Part shown: positions 38,109-47,457 of the stretch, one piece after another
Numbering within the stretch: position 1 is the first letter of the stretch
Layout: the number at the start of each line of letters is the position of its first letter
DNA from: a bacterium
GTDB taxonomy: Bacteria > CLD3 > SB21
NCBI GenBank assembly: GCA_013360215.1
Contig: JABWCP010000004.1
Location: 186,001-250,000, forward strand
Direction of reading: 5' to 3'
DNA length: 64,000 nt
Notes under the pieces: model-generated
The model's database searches: none
Told to the model about the DNA's origin: nothing
Seen by the model: the letters and a program-made list of their open reading frames with translations, nothing else
Made by a program: the position numbers and the translations under genes

Positions 38109-40985
38109 CTAAAATTGTCCCGTGAGCGTAATTACAATTTGAGGCTGAGCATGTTTGTTGTCGTCGGTGTTCTTTTTATCAAAGGCATATGCATAGCGAT
38201 AACCGACGCTAAACTCGACGGGTAAGGTAAAAAAATGCATATTGGCATATCCTCCCGCTCCGGCAGACCGATATTTGGTTTTGACGTTGGGTCCGGAATA
38301 ATCTTGCCCGATTCCGTAGTCACCAAAAACATCAGCATAAATCCGTTTGATATAAAACATGGCTAAAAAATCCGTATCGGGATACATAAGCGGAACAGTA
38401 TAAGTCGCCCCCAATTTCTTAATAGCATCGTGGTAAATGTACGAATAACTGCGCGGAAAAATCATCCAGCTTGCGTATCTGTAGTTGGCTCCGGTTTTCT
38501 GTCTTTCAAATTGACCTTGCATCCATCCACTGTGGCGTTTTAGTAAACCCGGGAAAAACAGATCACCTTGGGCAAAAAATTGACTCCCGTTATAATGATC
38601 TTTAAAAGGTGATTTGCTATACGTTATCCAAATGCGCTGACCCCACTGTGGATAGACATAAGCTGCCGGTTGTGTTGCGTTATAATAGAAGCCCGAAAAA
38701 AAGATACTTCGCATAACGCCATTGTTTTGATCAAATGCGAAAGAGATTTTTTGGTCGGAAATTTTTGTATATGAAAAACCGGTTGATGCTGAAAAATAAC
38801 GTTGCCATCCTTGGCTCGAAAAATTGAGTGGTAATCGCAATGCTGCGCTTAAGCTTTTTTCATTCCATCCGTACCACTTCAGTTTTTCAGTTTTTTTACC
38901 GTCTTTGATAGTAGTAACGGTATATGTAGATGAACGCGAACCGAGTCTAGCGGTAATATCCGCAATCGGATAAAAACCACCGTACGACGCGCCCACTTCA
39001 CCGCCGGATGTTTTTTCATTGCGATCATAATTGTAGGATGCCGATAAACGCGTCGTGGACATGATGTTTTGGGAAAATACGGACAAGCCATATTGTCTGG
39101 GATTCAGTGTAGGCGACCATGAATGTATGTTGATCAGATCGGATAGGGAGTTGTAGCTTTTAACGGCGAAGGTACCCGGTGTTATGCTATCAAAACGGAT
39201 GGGTCCAAGTTCTTGTTTGAGCAAGGGTTCATAATAACCGTCATTTTTACGGGACAGGATATCTATGCTTGTCCAGCGATTGGTATCCAAAAGTAAAGAA
39301 CAAGCAATGTAGCCGTCTACATTATATTCATCGAATAATAATTTATTACCGCCGGAAACAAACGGATTGAAAGCGCCTAACGAGCTGTGCGTGATTTGTT
39401 TCCATGTGCGATCGTTTTTATGTATGGCAAAAATATTATCGACACCGTCAAAGTGAGCATTCAAAAGTATCCAGTCGTTCCAAATGACAGGATTAGTATA
39501 GTTCATCGTATGTTGAGGGGGCAGCACATCGGTTGTGGTGCTATTTTCGACATCCATAAGAGTAACGCCTTTCCCATCGTGCAAGGTTTGACGTACATAA
39601 ACTATATGCTTGTTATCGGAAGACCAGGACGGGTTAATAATCATATCGTTATTAGGATTGGAAAGTTTTTTTATAATGCTACCGGTTTGTGTATCAAACA
39701 ATATCATTGAAGACTGATTACTGCGGCTGTGTTCCACAGCGGCAAATTTTTGACCGTCCGCTGACATCGCAACATAGGTGAGTCGTGTGTTAGTTAAAAG
39801 AGTTTGAGTTTTTCGAGTAGTGGCGTCCCAGGCGACAACACGACTGCCATTTTTAAGTCCCCATCGCAGATCCCAATCAGGGTCAACCCAAATAACTTTG
39901 TTTTGTGATGCGCTGAAATTACCAGACCATGTTGATCGCGTGATATGAGAAATTGTTCCATCCGTCGTTTTTATTTTTATACCGGGGGCTTCACCGAGAT
40001 TGTAATCAAAAAAAACTAGAGAGCCGTCCGTCAAAGCTTTTGGATTGTTTGGGAACGGATTCATAAATCCATTGTCGTGGCGAACTTCGATCGTTGTCAG
40101 GTCTGATTTGTAAGAAGGTTCCTGAGTTGACCACAAATCTTTGAGTTCTTGTGACATGTTTTCAAATGTATTCGGCGCACCGTTCCCTGTTTTGGCTTTC
40201 ATAGCCCAGGAAAAAGTATAAAAAAACGGAAAATTGGAATTGCGGCGAAGAATATCAGACCACATATCGGATCCGTGGTGACGCTTGACGTACGAAGTCA
40301 TATAATAGCCCATTTCGTAAGCGCCGCCGAAATAGTTTTTGTAGGAACCCATAAGCATCTGATAATAATTTTGCTGTGGACCGCGTAATAACATAGTTCG
40401 CATCGGCATATTAAACGAAGGAAGGCGTCCGCGACCGCTTTGTGTTAGTGCCGTTTCCGTTCCTGTCGCATCACCTTCCCAATACCATGACGGTACGCTC
40501 AAAAAACTTGCGGCCAAAGTTCCTGTTTCGCCGAATAAACCATACATCAAAGCTATGAGACCCCGATTCATTTTATCAAATTGAACGACATGCCGAAATT
40601 CATGAACCGAAAGAAGATTATACCAATCATTGGTTCCGGTAAAAGCGGTTTGAGGAGGCGTGTTGTACCATTCGCTTCGTCGAGGTGCAAGCGTCACAAA
40701 TCCGTTTGAAATAATATTTTGATTGTGAAGAATAACGGTAATTCTATGCGGCTTCTTCTTTAATGAATGGGAAACCGGTTCATATAAATACTCAAGTGTT
40801 GTGGCTACACGTTGTGCATCTTGGGTTATTTCTTCAGGAAAAACAACGCGGAAGTGTTTCGTTTCAATTTCTTTCCATGCAATGCCGGGCGGATTTTGTT
40901 CGGTTCCCAAAGGTAAAATTTGTGCCGATAGATGCGAGCACAAAAAAAAAGCAACGACATGACAGATGAGATAACGCGTTTTCAT
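38109..40985 (-). CDS. Outer-membrane protein: gluzincin-like HExxH domain + TolB-like beta-propeller + probable beta-barrel
   Basis: Signal peptide; HEFRH followed by W..EG.A; PD40-like repeats (NPSWSSD); aromatic alternating strands; C-terminal Phe (TLTGQF). Confidence 0.7.
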   Translation of the reverse strand: MKTRYLICHVVAFFLCSHLSAQILPLGTEQNPPGIAWKEIETKHFRVVFPEEITQDAQRVATTLEYLYEPVSHSLKKKPHRITVILHNQNIISNGFVTLAPRRSEWYNTPPQTAFTGTNDWYNLLSVHEFRHVVQFDKMNRGLIALMYGLFGETGTLAASFLSVPSWYWEGDATGTETALTQSGRGRLPSFNMPMRTMLLRGPQQNYYQMLMGSYKNYFGGAYEMGYYMTSYVKRHHGSDMWSDILRRNSNFPFFYTFSWAMKAKTGNGAPNTFENMSQELKDLWSTQEPSYKSDLTTIEVRHDNGFMNPFPNNPKALTDGSLVFFDYNLGEAPGIKIKTTDGTISHITRSTWSGNFSASQNKVIWVDPDWDLRWGLKNGSRVVAWDATTRKTQTLLTNTRLTYVAMSADGQKFAAVEHSRSNQSSMILFDTQTGSIIKKLSNPNNDMIINPSWSSDNKHIVYVRQTLHDGKGVTLMDVENSTTTDVLPPQHTMNYTNPVIWNDWILLNAHFDGVDNIFAIHKNDRTWKQITHSSLGAFNPFVSGGNKLLFDEYNVDGYIACSLLLDTNRWTSIDILSRKNDGYYEPLLKQELGPIRFDSITPGTFAVKSYNSLSDLINIHSWSPTLNPRQYGLSVFSQNIMSTTRLSASYNYDRNEKTSGGEVGASYGGFYPIADITARLGSRSSTYTVTTIKDGKKTEKLKWYGWNEKSLSAALRLPLNFSSQGWQRYFSASTGFSYTKISDQKISFAFDQNNGVMRSIFFSGFYYNATQPAAYVYPQWGQRIWITYSKSPFKDHYNGSQFFAQGDLFFPGLLKRHSGWMQGQFERQKTGANYRYASWMIFPRSYSYIYHDAIKKLGATYTVPLMYPDTDFLAMFYIKRIYADVFGDYGIGQDYSGPNVKTKYRSAGAGGYANMHFFTLPVEFSVGYRYAYAFDKKNTDDNKHAQPQIVITLTGQF

Positions 40986-41018
40986 AGTACGAATAGATTA
41001 TAATTGAAACAGGGGAGC

Positions 41019-41669
41019 TTAGGGTATAACATATAAAAGTACAGCAAAAAAATGTAAAATACTCCCGCCTAAAACAAACAAATGCCAAACCGCATGGTGA
41101 TAAATCATGCGGTGCATGACATAAAATACTACGCCCACGGTATAAGTAAGCCCTCCGGCCAGTATGAGTATCAGACCGCCCAAGGGAATATTTTCCATCA
41201 TCGGTTTTATTGCAACCAGTGCGACCCAACCCATGACGATGTATAATGTTGTCGAAAGTTTGGGAAATCTTCCTGTGTGAAACACTTTAAACCACACACC
41301 GGCTATGGCTGCGCCCCATACAACACCAAACAGTGTCCATCCCCAAGCGCCACGAAGACTCACGAGTAAAAAAGGGGTATATGTACCGGCGATCAATAAA
41401 TAAATCGCCGAGTGATCCATGATGCGAAAAATTCGTTTTACTTTGGGTTGTGGGAAACTATGATACAGTGTCGAAGCTGAATACAGAAGAACCAATGTTG
41501 TTCCGAAAATTGCCGAAGATACGACATGCCATGCATCGCCGCGTAATGCGGAAAAAGCGACAAGCAAAGTCAAACCGGCGATACTAAGAATGGCACCGAT
41601 ACCATGTGTGATAGCATGAGCTAATTCTTCACCAAAAGAATATTCAGGTTGATCGGTTATAGGTTTCAT
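41019..41669 (-). CDS. Hemolysin III / PAQR family membrane protein (TrhA/YqfA-like)
   Basis: EE.A.AITH, STLYH, DHSAIYLLIAGTYTPF, HAVWH. Confidence 0.93.
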   Translation of the reverse strand: MKPITDQPEYSFGEELAHAITHGIGAILSIAGLTLLVAFSALRGDAWHVVSSAIFGTTLVLLYSASTLYHSFPQPKVKRIFRIMDHSAIYLLIAGTYTPFLLVSLRGAWGWTLFGVVWGAAIAGVWFKVFHTGRFPKLSTTLYIVMGWVALVAIKPMMENIPLGGLILILAGGLTYTVGVVFYVMHRMIYHHAVWHLFVLGGSILHFFAVLLYVIP

Positions 41670-41675
41670 AGGCGT

Positions 41676-42407
41676 TTATAATTTTCCGGTTACACGCAAA
41701 ACAGACCCTGTTAGTGCGTTAGATTTTTCAGAGACTAAAAAAGATATCACTTCGGCTATAGATTGAGGTTTTACCCACGTACTAAAATCTGCATCCGGCA
41801 TAGACTGACGATTGGTCGGTGTATCTATAATGCCGGGTACGACGGCGTTGACCTGAATATTATTCCCTTTGTTCTCTTCAGCCATAGTTTCCGTCATATT
41901 GATAAGAGCGGCTTTGGCCGCGCCATAAGGTCCGGCCATCGTATTACCTCTTATACCGGCGAGCGCGCCGATGTTAATTATTTTACCACAACGTTGAGGA
42001 ATCATTACTTTGAGAGCTTCCCGCGAACATAAAAAAGCCGTTTTGAGGTTAAGATCGATCGTTGCGTCCCATGTTTTGGCTTCAACTTCATGTAACATAG
42101 ACCACGGATAAATGCCGCCGACAAGGTTGACTAAAGCCAATAACGAATTGTTATTTTGTGATACGGATTGGAATAATTGAGTGACTTCCTCCTCGCTGGT
42201 CAAGTTAGTTGAGTAAAATGTCCAAGTTTCTTTTCCGGAAACATATTTGAAAAAGTCGGTTTTTTTAAAATTTTCATTTGAAACGCCGCCCGCGCCGACG
42301 CCTACTACGTGATAACCTTCTTCAAGAAGGCATCCACTTAGCGCTTGCCCTAAGTGACCCAATGCGCCCGTAACTAGACACAATTTATTTTGATTAGCAG
42401 AATTCAT
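41676..42407 (-). CDS. Short-chain dehydrogenase/reductase
   Basis: VTGA.G.LG, YGAAK, VNAVVPG.IDTP.NR. Start inferred. Confidence 0.88.
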   Translation of the reverse strand: MNSANQNKLCLVTGALGHLGQALSGCLLEEGYHVVGVGAGGVSNENFKKTDFFKYVSGKETWTFYSTNLTSEEEVTQLFQSVSQNNNSLLALVNLVGGIYPWSMLHEVEAKTWDATIDLNLKTAFLCSREALKVMIPQRCGKIINIGALAGIRGNTMAGPYGAAKAALINMTETMAEENKGNNIQVNAVVPGIIDTPTNRQSMPDADFSTWVKPQSIAEVISFLVSEKSNALTGSVLRVTGKL

Positions 42408-42490
42408 TATAGATAAACTCAATATTAAAACTGACAAATCCAATAAGTAATTTTACGAACCACCATCCCAATTAAACGACAGTACGGTAT

Positions 42491-42515
42491 TAAACCAATT
42501 TTAACGGCATCCGTC
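42491..42515 (+). promoter_or_regulatory. Putative ECF-sigma promoter (TAAAC-N16-CGTC)
   Basis: AAAC 42492-42495, 16-nt spacer, CGTCCAATA; about 40 nt before the Spy-like ATG. Confidence 0.5.
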
Positions 42516-42553
42516 CAATACGTGTATTTAAAACAAAATTAAGGAGTTTATTT

Positions 42554-43171
42554 ATGAAAAAGATGATTTTCAGTTTGCTGATGATGGGGGCGATAGCTAC
42601 AACCCAACATATCAATGCACAAGAGGCAAGACCGTTGCCGGATCTAGGGACCGGCGAAGAAGTTGATATTTTCTTTTTTGAAGATGGAGAAGGTTTTATG
42701 GCCGATGCACCGATGATGCTTGATATGCCCATGATGAATGTCATTATGGAAGACGAGACGGGTCTCGAAGCAGAGTTTCCACCTATGGGTATGGGTGACG
42801 GTGCGGCCGAAAAAATAGATTTATCCAAAGATCAAAAAGATAAAATCCGAAAAATCAGAGGCGAAACAAAAAAACAAAATATCACGTTGCGCGGAAATCT
42901 TGAGCTGAAACAAATCGAGTTGCGTGAACTTTTGGACGCTGAAAATCCGTCAAAAGAACAGATTGCAGCTAAAGTAAAAGAAATAGAAAGCTTAAAAACG
43001 CAAATGAAAATGAATCATATCAATGCACGGTTGGATTGCCGCAATATTTTGACAAAAGAACAACGTGAAAAAATGGATCAAATGCGTTCCGAAAGACGCG
43101 ATCGCTGGCACGAAAAGCGTGGGCACAAAGCAATGAAATTCAAACGCTTTTTCCATGGCGGTATGGAATAA
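42554..43171 (+). CDS. Spy/CpxP/ZraP-family periplasmic chaperone
   Basis: Signal peptide, Met-rich acidic region, LSKDQ and LTKEQ (LTxxQ) motifs; RBS aaggag. Confidence 0.85.
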   Translation: MKKMIFSLLMMGAIATTQHINAQEARPLPDLGTGEEVDIFFFEDGEGFMADAPMMLDMPMMNVIMEDETGLEAEFPPMGMGDGAAEKIDLSKDQKDKIRKIRGETKKQNITLRGNLELKQIELRELLDAENPSKEQIAAKVKEIESLKTQMKMNHINARLDCRNILTKEQREKMDQMRSERRDRWHEKRGHKAMKFKRFFHGGME

Positions 43172-43196
43172 AAATAACCGCCCTCTCTTCTGGTAT

Positions 43197-43227
43197 AGCG
43201 AAACCGTGAAAACGGTTTCGCTTTTTT
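43197..43227 (+). terminator. Intrinsic terminator
   Basis: agcgaaaccgt-gaaa-acggtttcgct plus a T run. Confidence 0.85.
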
Positions 43228-44146
43228 ATTTGATTAGAATAGTTCCGTTTTGACCCACCGCTATACCTTTTCCGTCATTTGCTGCATAAATATCATATAG
43301 ATCGACAGAGGTTGGAACATCATGGGTATTCCATACATTACCGTTATCGGAGCTTTCTAGTATTATCGATGTGCCTGACACAAAAACTGAACCGGAAGTT
43401 GTAACGCAATCCACACCAAAAAGATTATTGCTCGTATGGCTTGTGGAGGACGCCCATTCTGATGAACCGAAAACTTTTCGAAGCAGGACGCCGTTGTATC
43501 CGACGACTATCATATCTCCGTTTTGGGTTTTGCTAATGCCGCGCAGATGTTGGGTTGTTCCACTTGTTTCGCTTACCCAGTTGCGGCCGGCATTCGTACT
43601 GCTGCGTATTGTTCCATCAAAGCCGACTAAGACAAAATCGGAATCACTTAATGCAAAACATCCGGCCAATTCGGATGCGGTTCCGCTGGTTCGTGATAGC
43701 CAAGTGTCACCTCCGTCAGAGGAATATAAAATCACACCATTTTGACCTGATGCAATACCGGATTTTGTATTTGCAAAATGCACATGCACTAAATGTGAAG
43801 TTGTATTACTAACTTTAACGTTCCAATGTTCTCCGCCGTCGTTCGTACGTAATATTTTTCCGGATTCGCCTACGGCTACACCAAGCGAATCATTTACAAA
43901 ATAAACATCCCGCAGAAATGATGCCGTACCGCTGGTTTGCGATGACCAATCATTTCCGCCGTTGGTTGTTTTTAAAATACGACCATTTGTTCCGACAATG
44001 TACCCCGTAGTTTGGGAGGGCATGGATATACCCAGAAGCACGTCGGTAACGCCCGATTGCATCTTTCGCCATCCTTCGTTATCAGAGGCCTTGTTTGCAC
44101 AACTAGCAATCAATAGCACGGTAATCGGTAAAATTAGGATACGCAT
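43226..44146 (-). CDS. YCF48/BNR-repeat beta-propeller lipoprotein
   Basis: Lipobox IASC; repeated G.I..T.DGG..W...SGT...L..V motifs. Confidence 0.85.
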   Translation of the reverse strand: MRILILPITVLLIASCANKASDNEGWRKMQSGVTDVLLGISMPSQTTGYIVGTNGRILKTTNGGNDWSSQTSGTASFLRDVYFVNDSLGVAVGESGKILRTNDGGEHWNVKVSNTTSHLVHVHFANTKSGIASGQNGVILYSSDGGDTWLSRTSGTASELAGCFALSDSDFVLVGFDGTIRSSTNAGRNWVSETSGTTQHLRGISKTQNGDMIVVGYNGVLLRKVFGSSEWASSTSHTSNNLFGVDCVTTSGSVFVSGTSIILESSDNGNVWNTHDVPTSVDLYDIYAANDGKGIAVGQNGTILIK

Positions 44147-44186
44147 AGGGTTTCCTTTGGTAAGACGAGAAAGGATTAAATTAGGA

Positions 44187-44212
44187 TACGTACTTCACTA
44201 CGGAAGGTTTCA
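44187..44212 (-). promoter_or_regulatory. ECF-sigma (SigW-type) promoter TGAAAC-N16-CGTA
   Basis: Minus strand TGAAAC-cttccgtagtgaagta-CGTA, an exact match to the Bacillus SigW consensus, about 40 nt before the ATG. Confidence 0.65.
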
Positions 44213-44236
44213 CTTAATGTATAGAGCGGAAAAAAG

Positions 44237-45112
44237 TTAGATTGACGGAGGGAAACGGGATTTTAGCGAATGCGCATACCATTTTTCACATAACCAAAAC
44301 ATAACAACACTGACAAAAACACCGGCAAAGACATCTACGACGTAGTGATAAAAACAATAAACCGTAGAAAAAACCAATCCTGTCATAAACGGTAAAAAAA
44401 TCCAGAAAAGATTTCGCCGGTAGCGAAACGCATAATATAAAGTAAGTAAACCGATTGCGACATGGGAGCTGGGAAATGCAGCTCCGGGTTTTTCTGCATT
44501 GGCGTATATCCAATTCATAATTTGTACAAACCATCCGCCGTCTAAAAACCGAACTTCGCGCATCTCCAGAGGGCCGCGTACCGGTGTGAGTATGTATATA
44601 AAATAACAGACATAAAAAGTGACCGTAAAACCCAATAACAAACGAAAATAGTTGGTGTCGCGCTGCGTAAATAAAATAACGCCGAGCGCTGTCGGAACGA
44701 TATAATATGAAAAATAACAAAAATGAATGATTTCGTTGAACCAAAAATTATTCAAGTGATCATAAAGCCATAAATTGGGATCTGTGCCAAACAATCGAAT
44801 ATCCCACTCAATAAATGACTTATCCCAAAACCCTTGAAATACAATTTGGTTGAGCATGCCGGTTTCAATAAAAAAATGAGCATAAGTCAAGATGACATAC
44901 CAATGCCTAAACATACGCAGAGCAAAGACAGGCGTATCATGAAAAAAATGAATGATTGTTGCCCCGGCTAAAATGAATAATAAATGCCACAGAACATACG
45001 ATGTCCACTGATCAAGATTAGCCCGGAAAGCAATAACCATCACGATGATTACAGCCTGATAAAAAAAATAGGCCCAATCCACCGGGTTAATTTTATCTAA
45101 AAAGGTTTTCAT
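44237..45112 (-). CDS. PAP2_3 / Aur1-like membrane phosphotransferase (inositolphosphorylceramide-synthase-like)
   Basis: Multi-TM; Y.SYY, P..GP, AAFPSSHV and TVY..YHYVVD; lacks the KxxxxxxRP motif of plain PAP2 phosphatases. Confidence 0.75.
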   Translation of the reverse strand: MKTFLDKINPVDWAYFFYQAVIIVMVIAFRANLDQWTSYVLWHLLFILAGATIIHFFHDTPVFALRMFRHWYVILTYAHFFIETGMLNQIVFQGFWDKSFIEWDIRLFGTDPNLWLYDHLNNFWFNEIIHFCYFSYYIVPTALGVILFTQRDTNYFRLLLGFTVTFYVCYFIYILTPVRGPLEMREVRFLDGGWFVQIMNWIYANAEKPGAAFPSSHVAIGLLTLYYAFRYRRNLFWIFLPFMTGLVFSTVYCFYHYVVDVFAGVFVSVVMFWLCEKWYAHSLKSRFPPSI

Positions 45113-45118
45113 TTCTTG

Positions 45119-46129
45119 TTATAACCATCCATTTTTACGATACCAGTCAACCGTCATCTTGCATCCCTTTAAAAGGTCGTAATTAGGGGAGAAGCTTAAA
45201 TCCCTTTTTATTTTTTCGGAATTAGTGGTCCACGCCACTTGTTTGAGTTCGATTATTTTTTGACGATTCAAAAGAGCAGGGCTTGAAGAAAATCGAGAAA
45301 AAAATTCTGCGATGTGAGCGATTCCGCTAATCAGCCACTCCGGGATGGTCAAAGGAATGGCCCATGTACCGGAGGCTTTTTGGATCGTTGAACTCAAGTC
45401 TTGCCATGAATATACATATCCGTCATCAACGAAATATGTGTGGCCGGTGCTTTGAGGCGACTCGGCAGCACGAACGATAGCTTCTACTAAATCCAAGGCG
45501 TGAATAATCGTGAGATATTTTGTTTGAAAACCAAGTACAGGCTTGATGTGTTTATCAATCAGTTGAAAATAAAAGAAAATATCTTTTTCCCTTGGACCAT
45601 ACACAGCCGGTGGGCGAATAATGGTAATCGGGAGTTTATTCATGAATGATACTGCTATTTTTTCACCTGCCAGTTTACTTTTACCATAGTCCGTCAGCGG
45701 GTTTTCAGAGTCTGATTCGACGCGTGGTTTGCCGGGTGTAGAAGGGCCGGCCGCGGCTAAACTGCTGACATGGACTATTTTGCGAATTCCGGGATTATTC
45801 TGAAGACATATTTCGTAAAGATGCCGTGAAGCGTCCGCATTGACACGGTAATAATCAGTTACGGATTTTGCTTTGGTGAGACCGCCCAAATGAAAAATAA
45901 TATCTTTATCGCGTACAGCATCAATCAAAGAATTACGATCTGTGATGTCGCCGTCAATGAGCGTACAAGGCAGGTTCTTTAATAAGGAAAGATCGCTGGT
46001 TTTGCGAACAATGCAGAAAACGTCATAGTTTTTTTGTATTAGCGATTCGACCAAATGGCTTCCGATAAAACCGGTGGCACCGGTAACTAAAGCGCGAGGT
46101 TTGGTGTTAAGGTGAAGAGTGGAAGACAT
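45119..46129 (-). CDS. NAD-dependent epimerase/dehydratase-family reductase, CerR (ceramide reductase) candidate
   Basis: TGATGFIG, SSLAAAGP, YGKSK, IIRPPAVYGP. Family call is solid; the CerR call rests on adjacency to the bCerS-like gene. Confidence 0.8.
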   Translation of the reverse strand: MSSTLHLNTKPRALVTGATGFIGSHLVESLIQKNYDVFCIVRKTSDLSLLKNLPCTLIDGDITDRNSLIDAVRDKDIIFHLGGLTKAKSVTDYYRVNADASRHLYEICLQNNPGIRKIVHVSSLAAAGPSTPGKPRVESDSENPLTDYGKSKLAGEKIAVSFMNKLPITIIRPPAVYGPREKDIFFYFQLIDKHIKPVLGFQTKYLTIIHALDLVEAIVRAAESPQSTGHTYFVDDGYVYSWQDLSSTIQKASGTWAIPLTIPEWLISGIAHIAEFFSRFSSSPALLNRQKIIELKQVAWTTNSEKIKRDLSFSPNYDLLKGCKMTVDWYRKNGWL

Positions 46130-46135
46130 CAAAAA

Positions 46136-47263
46136 TCAGGCAATCTTCTTATCGTAAATGCGGTAGCGTTTGTACACGTGCGCCCCCATATTGATGAGCG
46201 GGCGATTCATAGGAATATTATCTTCCAGAATCCAGGACATTTCCGCCCATTTGATTTTTTTTCGGATGGCTGCTTCAAAAGAGCGATAATAAAAAATCGT
46301 ATCCATGCCCGAGTTGCGGTGTTCCGGTGTAATACCTAAGGTAATAACGCGAACGGATTGTAATTTACCGGGACGCGTATGCCATAAAAGTTTGATTAAA
46401 CCGAATGGAAGAAGTTTTCCGTCACGAATCGTGATCAAAGCTTCGTTGATATTGGGAATGGTCAAACTGAAGCCTACCGGAACTCCGTTATGTTCGGCGA
46501 TAAATAAAAAATCCGGATCCAATATTTGCTTCATCTGCGTGCCAAGATGATCAAACTCGGCATCCGTCATGGGGATAAAACCCCAATTACGTTCCCATGC
46601 CGAATTGTAAATAGCTTTGATACGTTTGACTTCGTTCTTAAAATCTTTTACGTTAATCGTTCTGATCGTAAACCCACCACGTTTTTGTATCAGTTCCGCA
46701 CCGCGTTTTAGTCGTTCCGGCGGAGTATCCGGTACATCAATTTTGTAGGCCAATAAATCTTTGGATTTTACAAAACCATAATTCTCAAAAAGCTGAATAT
46801 AATATTCGGGATTGTATGTCATCATGATTTGTGCAGGTTCATTCAAACCTTCGACCAATAATCCGCAATCATCATTAGTGGATAAATTGACAGGGCCCCG
46901 CATGGTATCACAGCCTTTTTTTTTGAGAAACTGAAATGCCTGATCAAACAATGCCGCCGCCGTTTTTTGGTCATGGATGCATTCAAATAGTCCAAAAAAA
47001 CCAACTTTGTCCTCGTGAAACGTATTATGATTTTTATTTACAATGGCTGCAATACGGCCTATTTCCTCACCTTTTTCATCAAAAGCCATATAAAAGGCGA
47101 TATCAATATGGCCGAATACAGGATTTTTCCCTGGGTCAAGAAACTCCTTACGTTCAATTCGAAGTGGCGGAACCCAATTCGGATCATCGGCATAGATTTT
47201 CCATTGAAATGAAATAAATTTATCCAGTTGCTTAAAATTAAGTTCTTTGATTGTTACAGACAT
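46136..47263 (-). CDS. Tandem-GNAT N-acyltransferase, bacterial ceramide synthase (bCerS/YghO-like) candidate
   Basis: IY..DPNWVPPL, GRIAAI, GFFG.FE, RGP...STND.CGLLV.G, YNP.YY, NWGF.P, EMSWILEDN..M, KRYRIY. Confidence 0.75.
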   Translation of the reverse strand: MSVTIKELNFKQLDKFISFQWKIYADDPNWVPPLRIERKEFLDPGKNPVFGHIDIAFYMAFDEKGEEIGRIAAIVNKNHNTFHEDKVGFFGLFECIHDQKTAAALFDQAFQFLKKKGCDTMRGPVNLSTNDDCGLLVEGLNEPAQIMMTYNPEYYIQLFENYGFVKSKDLLAYKIDVPDTPPERLKRGAELIQKRGGFTIRTINVKDFKNEVKRIKAIYNSAWERNWGFIPMTDAEFDHLGTQMKQILDPDFLFIAEHNGVPVGFSLTIPNINEALITIRDGKLLPFGLIKLLWHTRPGKLQSVRVITLGITPEHRNSGMDTIFYYRSFEAAIRKKIKWAEMSWILEDNIPMNRPLINMGAHVYKRYRIYDKKIA

Positions 47264-47457
47264 GTTGCTTTTTTCTTTTTGAAAATGATGCAAACATACA
47301 TACCGGGTGTTTTACTTTCAATAAGATATTTCAACCGGAAAGTAGGTTTTGGGGAAATCGCTTCCATATGAAGTTGAACAAACTCAGAAAACCAGTTTTT
47401 AAAAATCGCTTGCTTTTATAAACCCCTTATTTTACTTTACTTTGCTTTCAAATTTCC

